Positions 8,504-19,950 of a DNA stretch of 45,504 bases are shown here, one piece after another. Made by a program: the position numbers and the translations under genes. Location of the stretch: positions 1 through 45,504 of the forward strand of contig JBBAWP010000004.1 in the NCBI GenBank assembly GCA_040397155.1. Reading direction: 5' to 3'. The stretch is from Candidatus Limnocylindrus sp. GTDB taxonomy: Bacteria; Chloroflexota; Limnocylindria; Limnocylindrales; Limnocylindraceae. The notes below the pieces were generated by a model. That model saw nothing but the letters and a program-made list of their open reading frames with translations, had not been told where the DNA came from and did not search any database. Every line of letters begins with the position of its first letter. The first letter of the stretch is position 1.

Positions 8504-9652
8504 CTAGGCGCCACCCCCCTGGTGCACCCGATGGCTCTGCACGAGGCCAAGCCCAAAAGCAAGCGAGATCAGTGAGGCGCCGCCGTAGCTCACAAAGGGG
8601 AGGGGGATCCCTGTAATTGGCGCCATCCCGAGGTTCATTCCAATGTTGACCCCTGCCTGGATCAAGAAGATCGCCGCGAGCCCTCCCGCAAGGACGATGC
8701 CAAAGCGATCCTCAGCCTCCCACGCGTGCCAGATCAGCCGGATCACGATCAGGCCGAGCAGCGCAATGATCAGCAGGCCGCCAAACGCTCCGAAACTTCG
8801 AACGAGCGCCGCAAAGACGAAGTCGCTCTCTTGTACGGGGAGTGGCGCAATGCTTCCAGTTCCGTCAAAGCCGATCCCAAAAAGCCCGCCGCTCGAAATC
8901 GCGTCGAGCGCTTGCGTGAGTTGGTACTTCGGTCCTGCAGGGTCTGCGTTCGGATCAATAAAGGCGATCAGTCGCTCCTTCTGATAATCCGCAATCAGGA
9001 AGGCCCACGCGAACGGCACCGCCAGCACGCCGAGTGCGGCGAGCGCGGCAACCCAGCGCGTGGCCACACCGTAAAGAAGTAGTGCACCAAAGAGTGCGGC
9101 GAGGATGATCACGGCGGTTCCTGCGTCTGGCTGCACCGCAACCAAGAGGAACGGCGCTGCAACAACGACTATGGCGAGGAGCGTTGCGTTCAGATCGTCT
9201 GGCTGTGAATTATCACGCGTCAGCACAGTGGCGAGTGCCACAAGCGTCAGGATCTTTGCGATCTCACTCGACTGAATGGCGATCCCAAAGATGGCGATTG
9301 CGCGGGAGTTTCCCCCCGAGTCTTGACCGAAGATCAGCGTTGCAATCAGCAGCAGTAGGTTCGCCGCGTAGAGCGGCCATGCAAACGTGCGAATCCAACG
9401 CCAGTTGATTGCAGTGGTGATTGCAAACGTGAGCAGCCCAAGGAGCGTCCAGATGATTGAGCGCAAGAAGATTGACGAGAGGCTCAGCAGTTCTTGGTCA
9501 TAACTCCGCGCATTGATCCACGCCATGCCGATTCCAGAAAGCATCAAGAGCAACATTCCAGAGGCTGCAAGCCAATCCATGCGACGGACGATGCTGCCGA
9601 TCCAACCAGCTGCACCGAACGGCCCACGCGTGACCGAAGATCCGAGACTCAT
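8504..9652 (-). CDS. rodA: SEDS-family peptidoglycan glycosyltransferase (RodA/FtsW family; RodA by context)
   Basis: The 382-aa polytopic ORF ends with the typical ...GIPLPFVSYGGASLISL motif. It lies directly downstream of a PBP2-type gene. Confidence 0.8.
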   Translation of the reverse strand: MSLGSSVTRGPFGAAGWIGSIVRRMDWLAASGMLLLMLSGIGMAWINARSYDQELLSLSSIFLRSIIWTLLGLLTFAITTAINWRWIRTFAWPLYAANLLLLIATLIFGQDSGGNSRAIAIFGIAIQSSEIAKILTLVALATVLTRDNSQPDDLNATLLAIVVVAAPFLLVAVQPDAGTAVIILAALFGALLLYGVATRWVAALAALGVLAVPFAWAFLIADYQKERLIAFIDPNADPAGPKYQLTQALDAISSGGLFGIGFDGTGSIAPLPVQESDFVFAALVRSFGAFGGLLIIALLGLIVIRLIWHAWEAEDRFGIVLAGGLAAIFLIQAGVNIGMNLGMAPITGIPLPFVSYGGASLISLAFGLGLVQSHRVHQGGGA

Positions 9653-9676
9653 CGCTGTTCACTCGCCCTTCGCCGC

Positions 9677-11566
9677 CTACTCGCCATAGTAGTTTCCAAT
9701 CGACATTGCGCCTGGGATTCTGTAGTCGCGCTTGAAGTCGTACTGCAACTGCAAGTACCGCTTGAGGACTTCGATCGCTGCGTTTGAGGCGGTGTTGGAT
9801 CCGTGCATAAAGACCACATAGGCGAAGTCGGCGTCGGTGCGTCTCCAATCATCCGTTGGGGCCACAAATCCTGAGATCCAGTGGTGGTACGGGAGTCGAC
9901 CCTGTTCATCGCGCACGCCGTACTCTGCCGTCCCCGTCTTCCCGGTGAGGAAGATTGGGAGCTGCCCGAGATTCTTTGTCATGTATTCATTCGTCACCAC
10001 AAGGCGCGATGCGCGGCGCATCTCAATCATCGTGCTACTTCGCATCTCAACGCTCGCTGACGCAACAGGTGCCACTGTCTCAACGAGTGTCCCGTCTGGA
10101 TCGCGAATCTCAAGGACTACGTGTGGCTTCCAGAGCGTCCCGCCGTTCGCGAGCGCCGAAAATGAGTTCAGAACTTGCAGTGGCGTGGCGAGGTCATACC
10201 CCTGCCCGAGCGCCGACTGCAGCACTTCACCGTCATATAAGGTGCGGCTGATCGCGCTTCGCGCCCAATCTTGATCTGGAACCAGCCCGCCAATCTCGTT
10301 CGGCAGGTCGATGCCAGTTGGGCGTCCGAAGCCCCACGCCTTTCCACAATTGGCGAGCCGATCAATCTTTAGGCGCTGGGCAAGTTGATAGGTCACGACA
10401 GCCGAGCTGTACGAGAAGCCCTGCGCTGGGGTGAGCCTGCGGCCGAAACCAGCGCGATTCCATTCGTAGAACTTCTGATCACCAACCTCTAGGTATGGAA
10501 GTGATGCGAGTGTCTCGTCCTCCCGAACAACACCTTCATCAAGTGCACACGAAAAGGTCACCAGCTTGTAGGTGCTCCCTGGTGGGAAGTGGGATCCGGT
10601 TGCATGGTTCAGCAGCGGAGCATTCTTGTTGTCGAGGTACTTCTGGTACTGCGCTGTGGTGATGCCCGCCGAGAAGAGATTGTTGTCGTATGTGGGGAGT
10701 GATGCCATTGCAATGATCTGGCCGTTCTGTGGGTTCATGCTCGTCACCACACCCTGCCTGTTTCCCGCCGCCTTCACCCCCCAGCTGAGCGCGTCAAACG
10801 CCCGCTGCTGCGCCTCAGCATCAATCGTCAGCACCACACTCTTTCCAGCAACTGGAAGTTTAGTGACGCCAAGTTCGCGCACCTCTCGCCCCTGGACATC
10901 AATTTCAACTTGGCGAATGCCTGGCGTGCCGCGCAGCACCTCTTCATAACTCTGCTCCACTCCCGCGCGACCGATGTAATCCAGTTCGTTGTATCCCGCC
11001 GCAGAGAGTGCACTTAACTCGAGCGCATCAATGCGACCAACGTATCCAACAACTTGACTCGTCAGCTCTCCGAGTGGATACGCACGTCGCGCTTCAAAGA
11101 GTGTCTCAACGCCCGGTAGTGCGGCGCGCTCCTCTTCAATGAATCGTGTGATGCGTTCGTCAACAACACTCGCAATGCGCACAGGTTCCCAAATGGATCC
11201 GGTGGCGCGATCTAGTGTCATCGTGATTCTCACCGGATCGATATTGAGGATCTCTGCAAGGCGCTTTACAACCTCTGGCCGAATAGTGAGCGGTAAATCT
11301 CCTGGTCGAATCTGCACAGCGTACGTTGCAATGTTTTCTGCAAGGACACGACCTGCGCGATCAAGGATCAGTCCGCGTGGTGGCGCAATGATCTCTTCGA
11401 TGATGCGGTTACTGTCGCTCAGTGTGGTGATGCTGCGCGTCGTTGCGCCATCGCCACTCGCTTGCACCGTAACGAGTCGCACACTGAGGAGTCCGCCAAT
11501 CAACGCCGTAAGGACAACGGCGGAGATGTAGCGAAGTGGTCGACGAATTACGTGAGTGCTACTCAT
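9677..11566 (-). CDS. mrdA: Class B penicillin-binding protein (PBP2/MrdA-like transpeptidase)
   Basis: The 629-aa ORF has an N-terminal TM helix, SxxK as S331-T-Y-K and the KTG motif in GKTGTAEY. The middle motif reads S387-S-A where SxN/D is expected. It sits between the mreD-like gene and rodA. Confidence 0.85.
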   Translation of the reverse strand: MSSTHVIRRPLRYISAVVLTALIGGLLSVRLVTVQASGDGATTRSITTLSDSNRIIEEIIAPPRGLILDRAGRVLAENIATYAVQIRPGDLPLTIRPEVVKRLAEILNIDPVRITMTLDRATGSIWEPVRIASVVDERITRFIEEERAALPGVETLFEARRAYPLGELTSQVVGYVGRIDALELSALSAAGYNELDYIGRAGVEQSYEEVLRGTPGIRQVEIDVQGREVRELGVTKLPVAGKSVVLTIDAEAQQRAFDALSWGVKAAGNRQGVVTSMNPQNGQIIAMASLPTYDNNLFSAGITTAQYQKYLDNKNAPLLNHATGSHFPPGSTYKLVTFSCALDEGVVREDETLASLPYLEVGDQKFYEWNRAGFGRRLTPAQGFSYSSAVVTYQLAQRLKIDRLANCGKAWGFGRPTGIDLPNEIGGLVPDQDWARSAISRTLYDGEVLQSALGQGYDLATPLQVLNSFSALANGGTLWKPHVVLEIRDPDGTLVETVAPVASASVEMRSSTMIEMRRASRLVVTNEYMTKNLGQLPIFLTGKTGTAEYGVRDEQGRLPYHHWISGFVAPTDDWRRTDADFAYVVFMHGSNTASNAAIEVLKRYLQLQYDFKRDYRIPGAMSIGNYYGE

Positions 11567-11569
11567 GTG

Positions 11570-12073
11570 TTATCCGAGTCGATCATCGAGCGGCCGCTCG
11601 CGTAGTTGCGCGTCGCGGCGACGTGCGCCAACGAACGCTCCAAGAGTTAGCAGCGCAACATTTAGTAGGAGTCGAAGTGGCTCTTCCTCGCCGCGTGCCC
11701 CTCCAGACTCACCCAGCAGTCCTCCGGCAAGGGCGAGGAGCAGCTCTGCTGCGGCGAACCCCGCAAGTCCAGCGGCGCTTCGCCTCACCCATCCCGGCGC
11801 GGCACTCCCACGGACGCTGGCAGCGACGAGTGTGGCGGTGACGAGCGCTGCGGAAGTGAGGCCGAGGGGTCGCCAGAGGAGGGTGTCGATCAAGAGTCCC
11901 CCGATCAGTCCTGCGGCGAGGAGTACCGGGCGGCGCCTTGGGGTGCTGTACAAGAGCGTGAGGAGGAGTGGCAGGCTGATCCATCGGTCAAGGCCAACCT
12001 CTGGAAAGAGGCGTGCCTGGACCAGCGCACTCGCGATGAGCACAGATAGGAGGAGCGTGCTGCGGTTCACCAT
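11570..12073 (-). CDS. MreD-like rod-shape membrane protein (weak call)
   Basis: This small, very hydrophobic ORF lies directly upstream of mrdA-rodA, the position MreD normally occupies. I prefer the ATG at 12073-12071, preceded by caggag, over the tracked GTG at 12097. No family-specific motif was recognised. Confidence 0.45.
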   Translation of the reverse strand: MVNRSTLLLSVLIASALVQARLFPEVGLDRWISLPLLLTLLYSTPRRRPVLLAAGLIGGLLIDTLLWRPLGLTSAALVTATLVAASVRGSAAPGWVRRSAAGLAGFAAAELLLALAGGLLGESGGARGEEEPLRLLLNVALLTLGAFVGARRRDAQLRERPLDDRLG

Positions 12074-12089
12074 GGGGTGAGGATACTCC

Positions 12090-12105
12090 TGTTCCACGTG
12101 AAACG
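12090..12105. promoter_or_regulatory. parS centromere-like site
   Basis: The site reads TGTTCCACGTGAAACG, which matches the Bacillus-type consensus TGTTNCACGTGAAACA at 15 of 16 positions. It lies in the mreD/parA divergent spacer, 15-40 nt upstream of the parA start candidates. Confidence 0.65.
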
Positions 12106-12119
12106 CGCCGCTGGGCTGA

Positions 12120-12956
12120 GTGAGCCCCTCCTGCTACACTCAACCTGTGGGAGAGGTCATAGAACCAAGGAGCCTCGGCCGTGCGCAGGTCATTGTCTGT
12201 GCCAACCAGAAGGGGGGCGTAGGGAAGACCACTACCGTGCTCAATCTTGCGGCGGAGCTCGCCCACGCAGGGCACAAAGTCCTTGTCGTCGATCTTGACC
12301 CCCAGCGAAACCTCACGAGTGGCCTCGGCTTTGTTACACCCCAAGGCGCCCCGACCGCCTACGACCTCCTCGTAGGACGCCGTCCGGCCCACGAACTGGC
12401 CCAGCCGACCTCCATCCCGAACCTCAGCCTCATTCCAGGATCCGCCGATCTCGCAGGGATTGACGTTGAACTCGCGGCGGGAGATGAGAGCGGGGAGCGC
12501 CAGCTTGCTGCGGGCCTGCGACTGGCTGGTGAGGCGGAGGTTGTGCTCGTGGACACCCCTCCCTCCCTCGGCTTGGTAACAATCAGCGCCTTTGCGGTGG
12601 CGGATTCGGTGCTCGTCCCTGTGCAGTGCGAGTACTACGCGCTCGAAGGCCTCTCTCAGTTGATGGCAACGATCCGCCTTGTCCGTGATCGCCTCAACCC
12701 GGATCTAGAGGTCAACGGCTTCCTGCTCACCATGCTTGACCCACGCACCAAGCTCGGCGGAGATGTGGTGCGGGAGGTGGAGAGTCACTTTGGCGAGCTC
12801 GTCTACCGCGCTCGAGTGCCCCGCTCCGTGCGCCTCGCCGAGGCGCCGAGCCATGGCATTTCAATTCGGAGCTACGCACCAGGGAGTTCCGGCGCAGAGT
12901 CGTATGCTCAGGCGGCAAGCGAGTTCGCAACCCGCGTCTTTGGGAGTGCGGCGTGA
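12120..12956 (+). CDS. parA: Chromosome partitioning ATPase ParA/Soj
   Basis: The ORF has the deviant Walker A motif VCANQKGGVGKTTT and is followed by parB. The start is GTG 12120 or the in-frame GTG 12147. Confidence 0.9.
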   Translation: MSPSCYTQPVGEVIEPRSLGRAQVIVCANQKGGVGKTTTVLNLAAELAHAGHKVLVVDLDPQRNLTSGLGFVTPQGAPTAYDLLVGRRPAHELAQPTSIPNLSLIPGSADLAGIDVELAAGDESGERQLAAGLRLAGEAEVVLVDTPPSLGLVTISAFAVADSVLVPVQCEYYALEGLSQLMATIRLVRDRLNPDLEVNGFLLTMLDPRTKLGGDVVREVESHFGELVYRARVPRSVRLAEAPSHGISIRSYAPGSSGAESYAQAASEFATRVFGSAA

Positions 12957-12969
12957 GGAATAGGGGGGT

Positions 12970-15842
<2,873 letters not shown>

Positions 15843-15900
15843 TCAGACAGATCACATCAAACCAGCCCAGAGATCGAACGCATAGAAGGGAGGTGACGAA

Positions 15901-18624
15901 ATGGCGAAGGGTCCAACAGGGAAGGGTCCGGTAGATAACGGCGCAGACGGGATCAGCCCGGGCGGCGTGAGCGTCACCAGCGTGAAGTCGATCCGCATTG
16001 AAGACGAGATGCGCACGAGCTACCTCGATTACGCCATGAGCGTGATCGTGGCCCGAGCCCTTCCAGATGTGCGTGACGGCCTCAAGCCCGTCCACCGCCG
16101 CATCCTCTACACCATGGGCGAGATGGGCCTCTCTGGAGGCTCCGCGTATCGCAAGTGCGCCGCGATCGTCGGTGAGGTCATGGGTAAGTACCATCCACAC
16201 GGCGACGGCGCCCTTTATGACGCGCTTGTCCGCCTGGCGCAGGACTTCTCGATGCGCCACCCACTCGTTGATGGTCAGGGAAACTTCGGATCCGTTGACG
16301 GCGACTCCGCCGCTGCAATGCGATACACCGAAGCACGACTCACCGCCATCGCCGGCGAGATGCTCGCAGACATTGACCATGACACTGTTGACTTCACACC
16401 AAACTACGACGGCACGCAGAAGGAGCCGAGCGTCCTTCCATCGCGCATGCCCAACCTTCTCGTCAACGGCTCGTCAGGAATCGCCGTTGGAATGGCAACC
16501 AACATTCCGCCGCACAACCTTGGCGAAATCGCCGATGCCGCGATCGCACTCGTCGAGAACCCACAGCTCACCGCCGAAGAGTTGAGCGCGCTCGTCTTGG
16601 CACCGGACTTCCCAACGGGTGGCGTCCTCTACCGCTACGACAACATCAAGAATCCACTCACCGGAAAGTCGGAGCGTGTAGACGCCATTCGACAGATGTA
16701 CGCGCACGGTCGCGGACGTGTTGTTGTAGAGGGGAAGACAAGCTTCGAAGAGGCGCGCGGTGATCGCACCGCGATCATCATTCATGAACTTCCATACCAG
16801 GTGAACAAGGCAACACTCGTTGAGAAGATCGCCGACCTTGTGAAAGAGGGGCGCATTGAAGGGATCTCCGATCTCCGCGACGAATCAGACCGCGACGGAA
16901 TGCGCATCTACGTTGAGGTGAAGCGAGACGGTAATCCGCACAAGGTACTCAACAAGCTGTTGAAGCTCACACCGCTTCGCGCCGCGTTCAGCATGAACAT
17001 GCTCGCGCTGGTTGACGGACAGCCGCAGACGCTCTCACTCAAGTCGGTGCTGCAGCACCACATTGAACACCGCCGCATCATCGTCCGCCGCCGCACCGAG
17101 TTTGAACTGAAGAAGGCACAAGAGCGCGCGCACATCTTGGAAGGCCTGAAGATTGCGCTGGACAACCTTGATGCAGTGATCAAGACGATCCGCGCCGCCG
17201 CAGATGTGGATGTTGCGCGCGAACAGTTGATGGCCAAGTTCAAACTGAGCGAGCTGCAGGCGCAGGCGATCCTTGACATGCGCCTTGCGCGGCTCGCCGC
17301 ACTCGAGCGCAAGAAGATTGAAGACGAGTACCTGGAAGTACTTGCGCTGATCAAGGAGCTGCAGGACATCCTCGCCAATCCGAAGCGCGTCTCGAAGATC
17401 ATTGCGGCGGAGTACGCAAAGATGAAGGAGAAGTTCGGCGACAAGCGCCGCACGCGAATCGCCCAAGATGCAACCCGCGAAATGTCTGATGAAGATCTCA
17501 TTGCCGACGAAGACGTTGTGATCACAATCAGCGGTCGTGGCTACATCAAGCGTCAGCCGCTCACCGCATACCGCCAGCAGCATCGTGGCGGGAAGGGCGT
17601 TCGCGGCATGACAACGCGCGAAGAGGACGCAGTGAAATCGCTCCAGGTTGCGAACACGCATGACTGGGCCTTCTTCTTCACAAACAAGGGTCGCTGCTTC
17701 AGCACGAAGGTGCACGAGATTCCAGACGCGTCGCGTCAGAACAAGGGGATCCCGATCGTCAATCTTCCTGGCGTACAGGTTGAGTCCGGCGAAGTCCCCG
17801 TTGCAACGGTGATCTTGCAGAACTTCAGTGCGGGTGGCTACCTCGCCTTCTCCACAAAGAAGGGTGTCATTAAGAAGACGGCGCTCGAGCAGTTTGAGAA
17901 GGTGCGCTCATCGGGAATCATCGCGATCACCCTTGATAAGGGTGATGAGCTCGCGCAAGTGATTCCAACATCTGGTGAAGACGACATTGTGCTCGCCACG
18001 CGACAGGGTCGCATCTGCCGCTTCCATGAGAAGGAGGCGCGACCGATGGGACGCTCCGCTGGCGGTGTCATTGGCATCCGCATCGCCCGACAGGGAGATC
18101 TTGTGGTGGCCGCGGCGGTGGTGGAGCCTGGAGCCGACCTCCTTGTCCTCACCGAGACCGGCTTCGGAAAGCGCGTCCCGGTTGGAGCATTCAGCCGCAA
18201 GCACCGTGGCACCCAGGGCGTTCGGCTCATCCCTCTTGAGGGTCGCAAGACCGGGCCTGTGGTCGCCGTTCGCCAGGTGAGCGAGGCCGACGAAGAGGTC
18301 ATCCTGATCAGCGCTGAGGGGCAGGTGGTGCGCACAAAGCTCGAATCGATCGCCACCCGTAATGACGGCAGCTCCCAGGGTGTACGCGTGATGTCCCTCC
18401 GTGAGGGGGATAAGGTGGCGGGGATCGCCGCCTTCCGCACGGGGCTAGCAAAGCGCGACGCCGACGGCGAGAATGAGGAGGCCCCTGACGGGGAGGCCAG
18501 TCCCCCTCGCGCAAAGGCACCAAAGACCTCTTCCAAAGGGAAGGCGAAGCCAGCGGCTAAGGTGAAGGCGAAGACGACGAAGACGACGAAGACGACAACG
18601 ACGAAACCTACGAAGCGGCGATAG
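15901..18624 (+). CDS. gyrA: DNA gyrase subunit A with a charged low-complexity C-terminal tail
   Basis: Motifs are [32 protein letters not shown] and [10 protein letters not shown] (active-site Tyr region). The RBS gggagg lies 8 nt upstream of the ATG. The tail ends ...[29 protein letters not shown]. Confidence 0.97.
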   Translation: MAKGPTGKGPVDNGADGISPGGVSVTSVKSIRIEDEMRTSYLDYAMSVIVARALPDVRDGLKPVHRRILYTMGEMGLSGGSAYRKCAAIVGEVMGKYHPHGDGALYDALVRLAQDFSMRHPLVDGQGNFGSVDGDSAAAMRYTEARLTAIAGEMLADIDHDTVDFTPNYDGTQKEPSVLPSRMPNLLVNGSSGIAVGMATNIPPHNLGEIADAAIALVENPQLTAEELSALVLAPDFPTGGVLYRYDNIKNPLTGKSERVDAIRQMYAHGRGRVVVEGKTSFEEARGDRTAIIIHELPYQVNKATLVEKIADLVKEGRIEGISDLRDESDRDGMRIYVEVKRDGNPHKVLNKLLKLTPLRAAFSMNMLALVDGQPQTLSLKSVLQHHIEHRRIIVRRRTEFELKKAQERAHILEGLKIALDNLDAVIKTIRAAADVDVAREQLMAKFKLSELQAQAILDMRLARLAALERKKIEDEYLEVLALIKELQDILANPKRVSKIIAAEYAKMKEKFGDKRRTRIAQDATREMSDEDLIADEDVVITISGRGYIKRQPLTAYRQQHRGGKGVRGMTTREEDAVKSLQVANTHDWAFFFTNKGRCFSTKVHEIPDASRQNKGIPIVNLPGVQVESGEVPVATVILQNFSAGGYLAFSTKKGVIKKTALEQFEKVRSSGIIAITLDKGDELAQVIPTSGEDDIVLATRQGRICRFHEKEARPMGRSAGGVIGIRIARQGDLVVAAAVVEPGADLLVLTETGFGKRVPVGAFSRKHRGTQGVRLIPLEGRKTGPVVAVRQVSEADEEVILISAEGQVVRTKLESIATRNDGSSQGVRVMSLREGDKVAGIAAFRTGLAKRDADGENEEAPDGEASPPRAKAPKTSSKGKAKPAAKVKAKTTKTTKTTTTKPTKRR
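18572..18598. repeat. 9-bp tandem repeat (3 copies) in the gyrA tail
   Basis: The sequence is aagacgacg aagacgacg aagacgaca, encoding KTT KTT KTT. Confidence 0.8.
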
Positions 18625-18640
18625 GGATCGGAGGACGGCG

Positions 18641-19705
18641 ATGAGAGCAGATTCGATCGACGTCTATACGGGGAACGCAAACCCGGAACTTGCGAGCAAG
18701 ATTGCACGCTACCTCGGCCGTGAGCTCGGTAAGGCTGAAGTGTTCGCCTTCGCCAACGAAAACATCTTCGTCAAGATCCTTGATAACGCGCGTGAAAAAG
18801 ACGTCTTCATTGTGCAGCCAACATCGCGGCCAGTGAGCACCTCCATCATGGAGCTGCTGATCATGATTGACGCATTCAAGCGCGCCTCTGCCGGACGCAT
18901 CACCGCCGTGATCCCGTACTACGGATATGGACGATCAGACAAGAAAGATCAGCCACGTGTGCCGATCACCGCCCGACTCGTGGCAGACATGCTGCAGGTT
19001 GCTGGCGCAAACCGAATCCTCACAATGGACCTTCACCAAGGACAGCTCCAGGGATTCTTCAACGTGCCCGTTGATGAACTCACCGCAGTGCACATGCTCT
19101 CCAACTACATCAGGCAGAAGGGGACCGAGAACCTTGCCGTTGTGACAGACCTTGGTTTCGCAAAGCGTGCGCGCACCTTTGCAGAACTTCTAGATGCACC
19201 GCTCGCGATCGTCGAGAAGCGACGCGAAGGGAATGATGATCATGCCGAAGTGCTGAACGTCATCGGTGACGTGAAGGGGAAGCGCGTCGTGATTGTTGAC
19301 GACGAGATTGACACGGGCGGAACGCTGACAGAGACCGTACGCGCCATTGAGAAGGCCGGCGCGATTGAAGTGATTGCATGCGCAACGCACGGTGTCTTCT
19401 CTGGCCCCGCAATCGAGCGCATCAATGCATCGTCTGTGCAAGAGGTGATCGTCACCGACTCCATCCCAATGCCTGCTGGATTGAGTAGCCCAAAAATCAA
19501 GCGTCTCTCCTCTGCTCCGCTCTTCGGCGAAGCGATCAAGCGCATTCATCTTGGTGAATCTGTCGGTGCACTCTTCGGCAAAGAGGCGTCTATGGCTGAA
19601 GAGATGGTCTTCTGGGACGGCGAGCATGCTGGCCTCCCATCAACAACGAACGGGAACGGCCGCGCGGCGATTGGAGCCGCGGGCGCAAAGCGACGCGCGA
19701 AGTAA
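18641..19705 (+). CDS. prs: Ribose-phosphate pyrophosphokinase
   Basis: Motifs are NPELASKIARYLG, YYGYGRSDKKD, TMDLHQGQLQGFF and VVIVDDEIDTGGTL. There is a C-terminal extension of roughly 35 aa. Confidence 0.93.
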   Translation: MRADSIDVYTGNANPELASKIARYLGRELGKAEVFAFANENIFVKILDNAREKDVFIVQPTSRPVSTSIMELLIMIDAFKRASAGRITAVIPYYGYGRSDKKDQPRVPITARLVADMLQVAGANRILTMDLHQGQLQGFFNVPVDELTAVHMLSNYIRQKGTENLAVVTDLGFAKRARTFAELLDAPLAIVEKRREGNDDHAEVLNVIGDVKGKRVVIVDDEIDTGGTLTETVRAIEKAGAIEVIACATHGVFSGPAIERINASSVQEVIVTDSIPMPAGLSSPKIKRLSSAPLFGEAIKRIHLGESVGALFGKEASMAEEMVFWDGEHAGLPSTTNGNGRAAIGAAGAKRRAK

Positions 19706-19707
19706 CC

Positions 19708-19941
19708 ATGACGCTGAAGTTGCACCGACCAGATGAGCGTGGCGTGATCACCTCACACCCACCAGAGAAGCGCGCAGATTGGCGCGCCACACTGAAGAGT
19801 CCGCGCTGGAACGCTGCACCGCTCAAGAATCCCGAAATGAATCCAACGAGTCGCCCTGCGAGTGTCATCTACTGGCTCGTACTCGGCGTCATTACCTTTG
19901 GAATCCTGATGCTGGGGTACGGCTCCGGCTTCTGGCGCTAA
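19708..19941 (+). CDS. Hypothetical small protein with one C-terminal TM helix
   Basis: The 77-aa ORF starts 2 nt after the prs stop and ends 9 nt before secA. It has GC-rich third positions and the C-terminal helix VIYWLVLGVITFGILMLGYGSGFW. No family was recognised. Confidence 0.4.
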   Translation: MTLKLHRPDERGVITSHPPEKRADWRATLKSPRWNAAPLKNPEMNPTSRPASVIYWLVLGVITFGILMLGYGSGFWR

Positions 19942-19950
19942 GGCTCGCTC

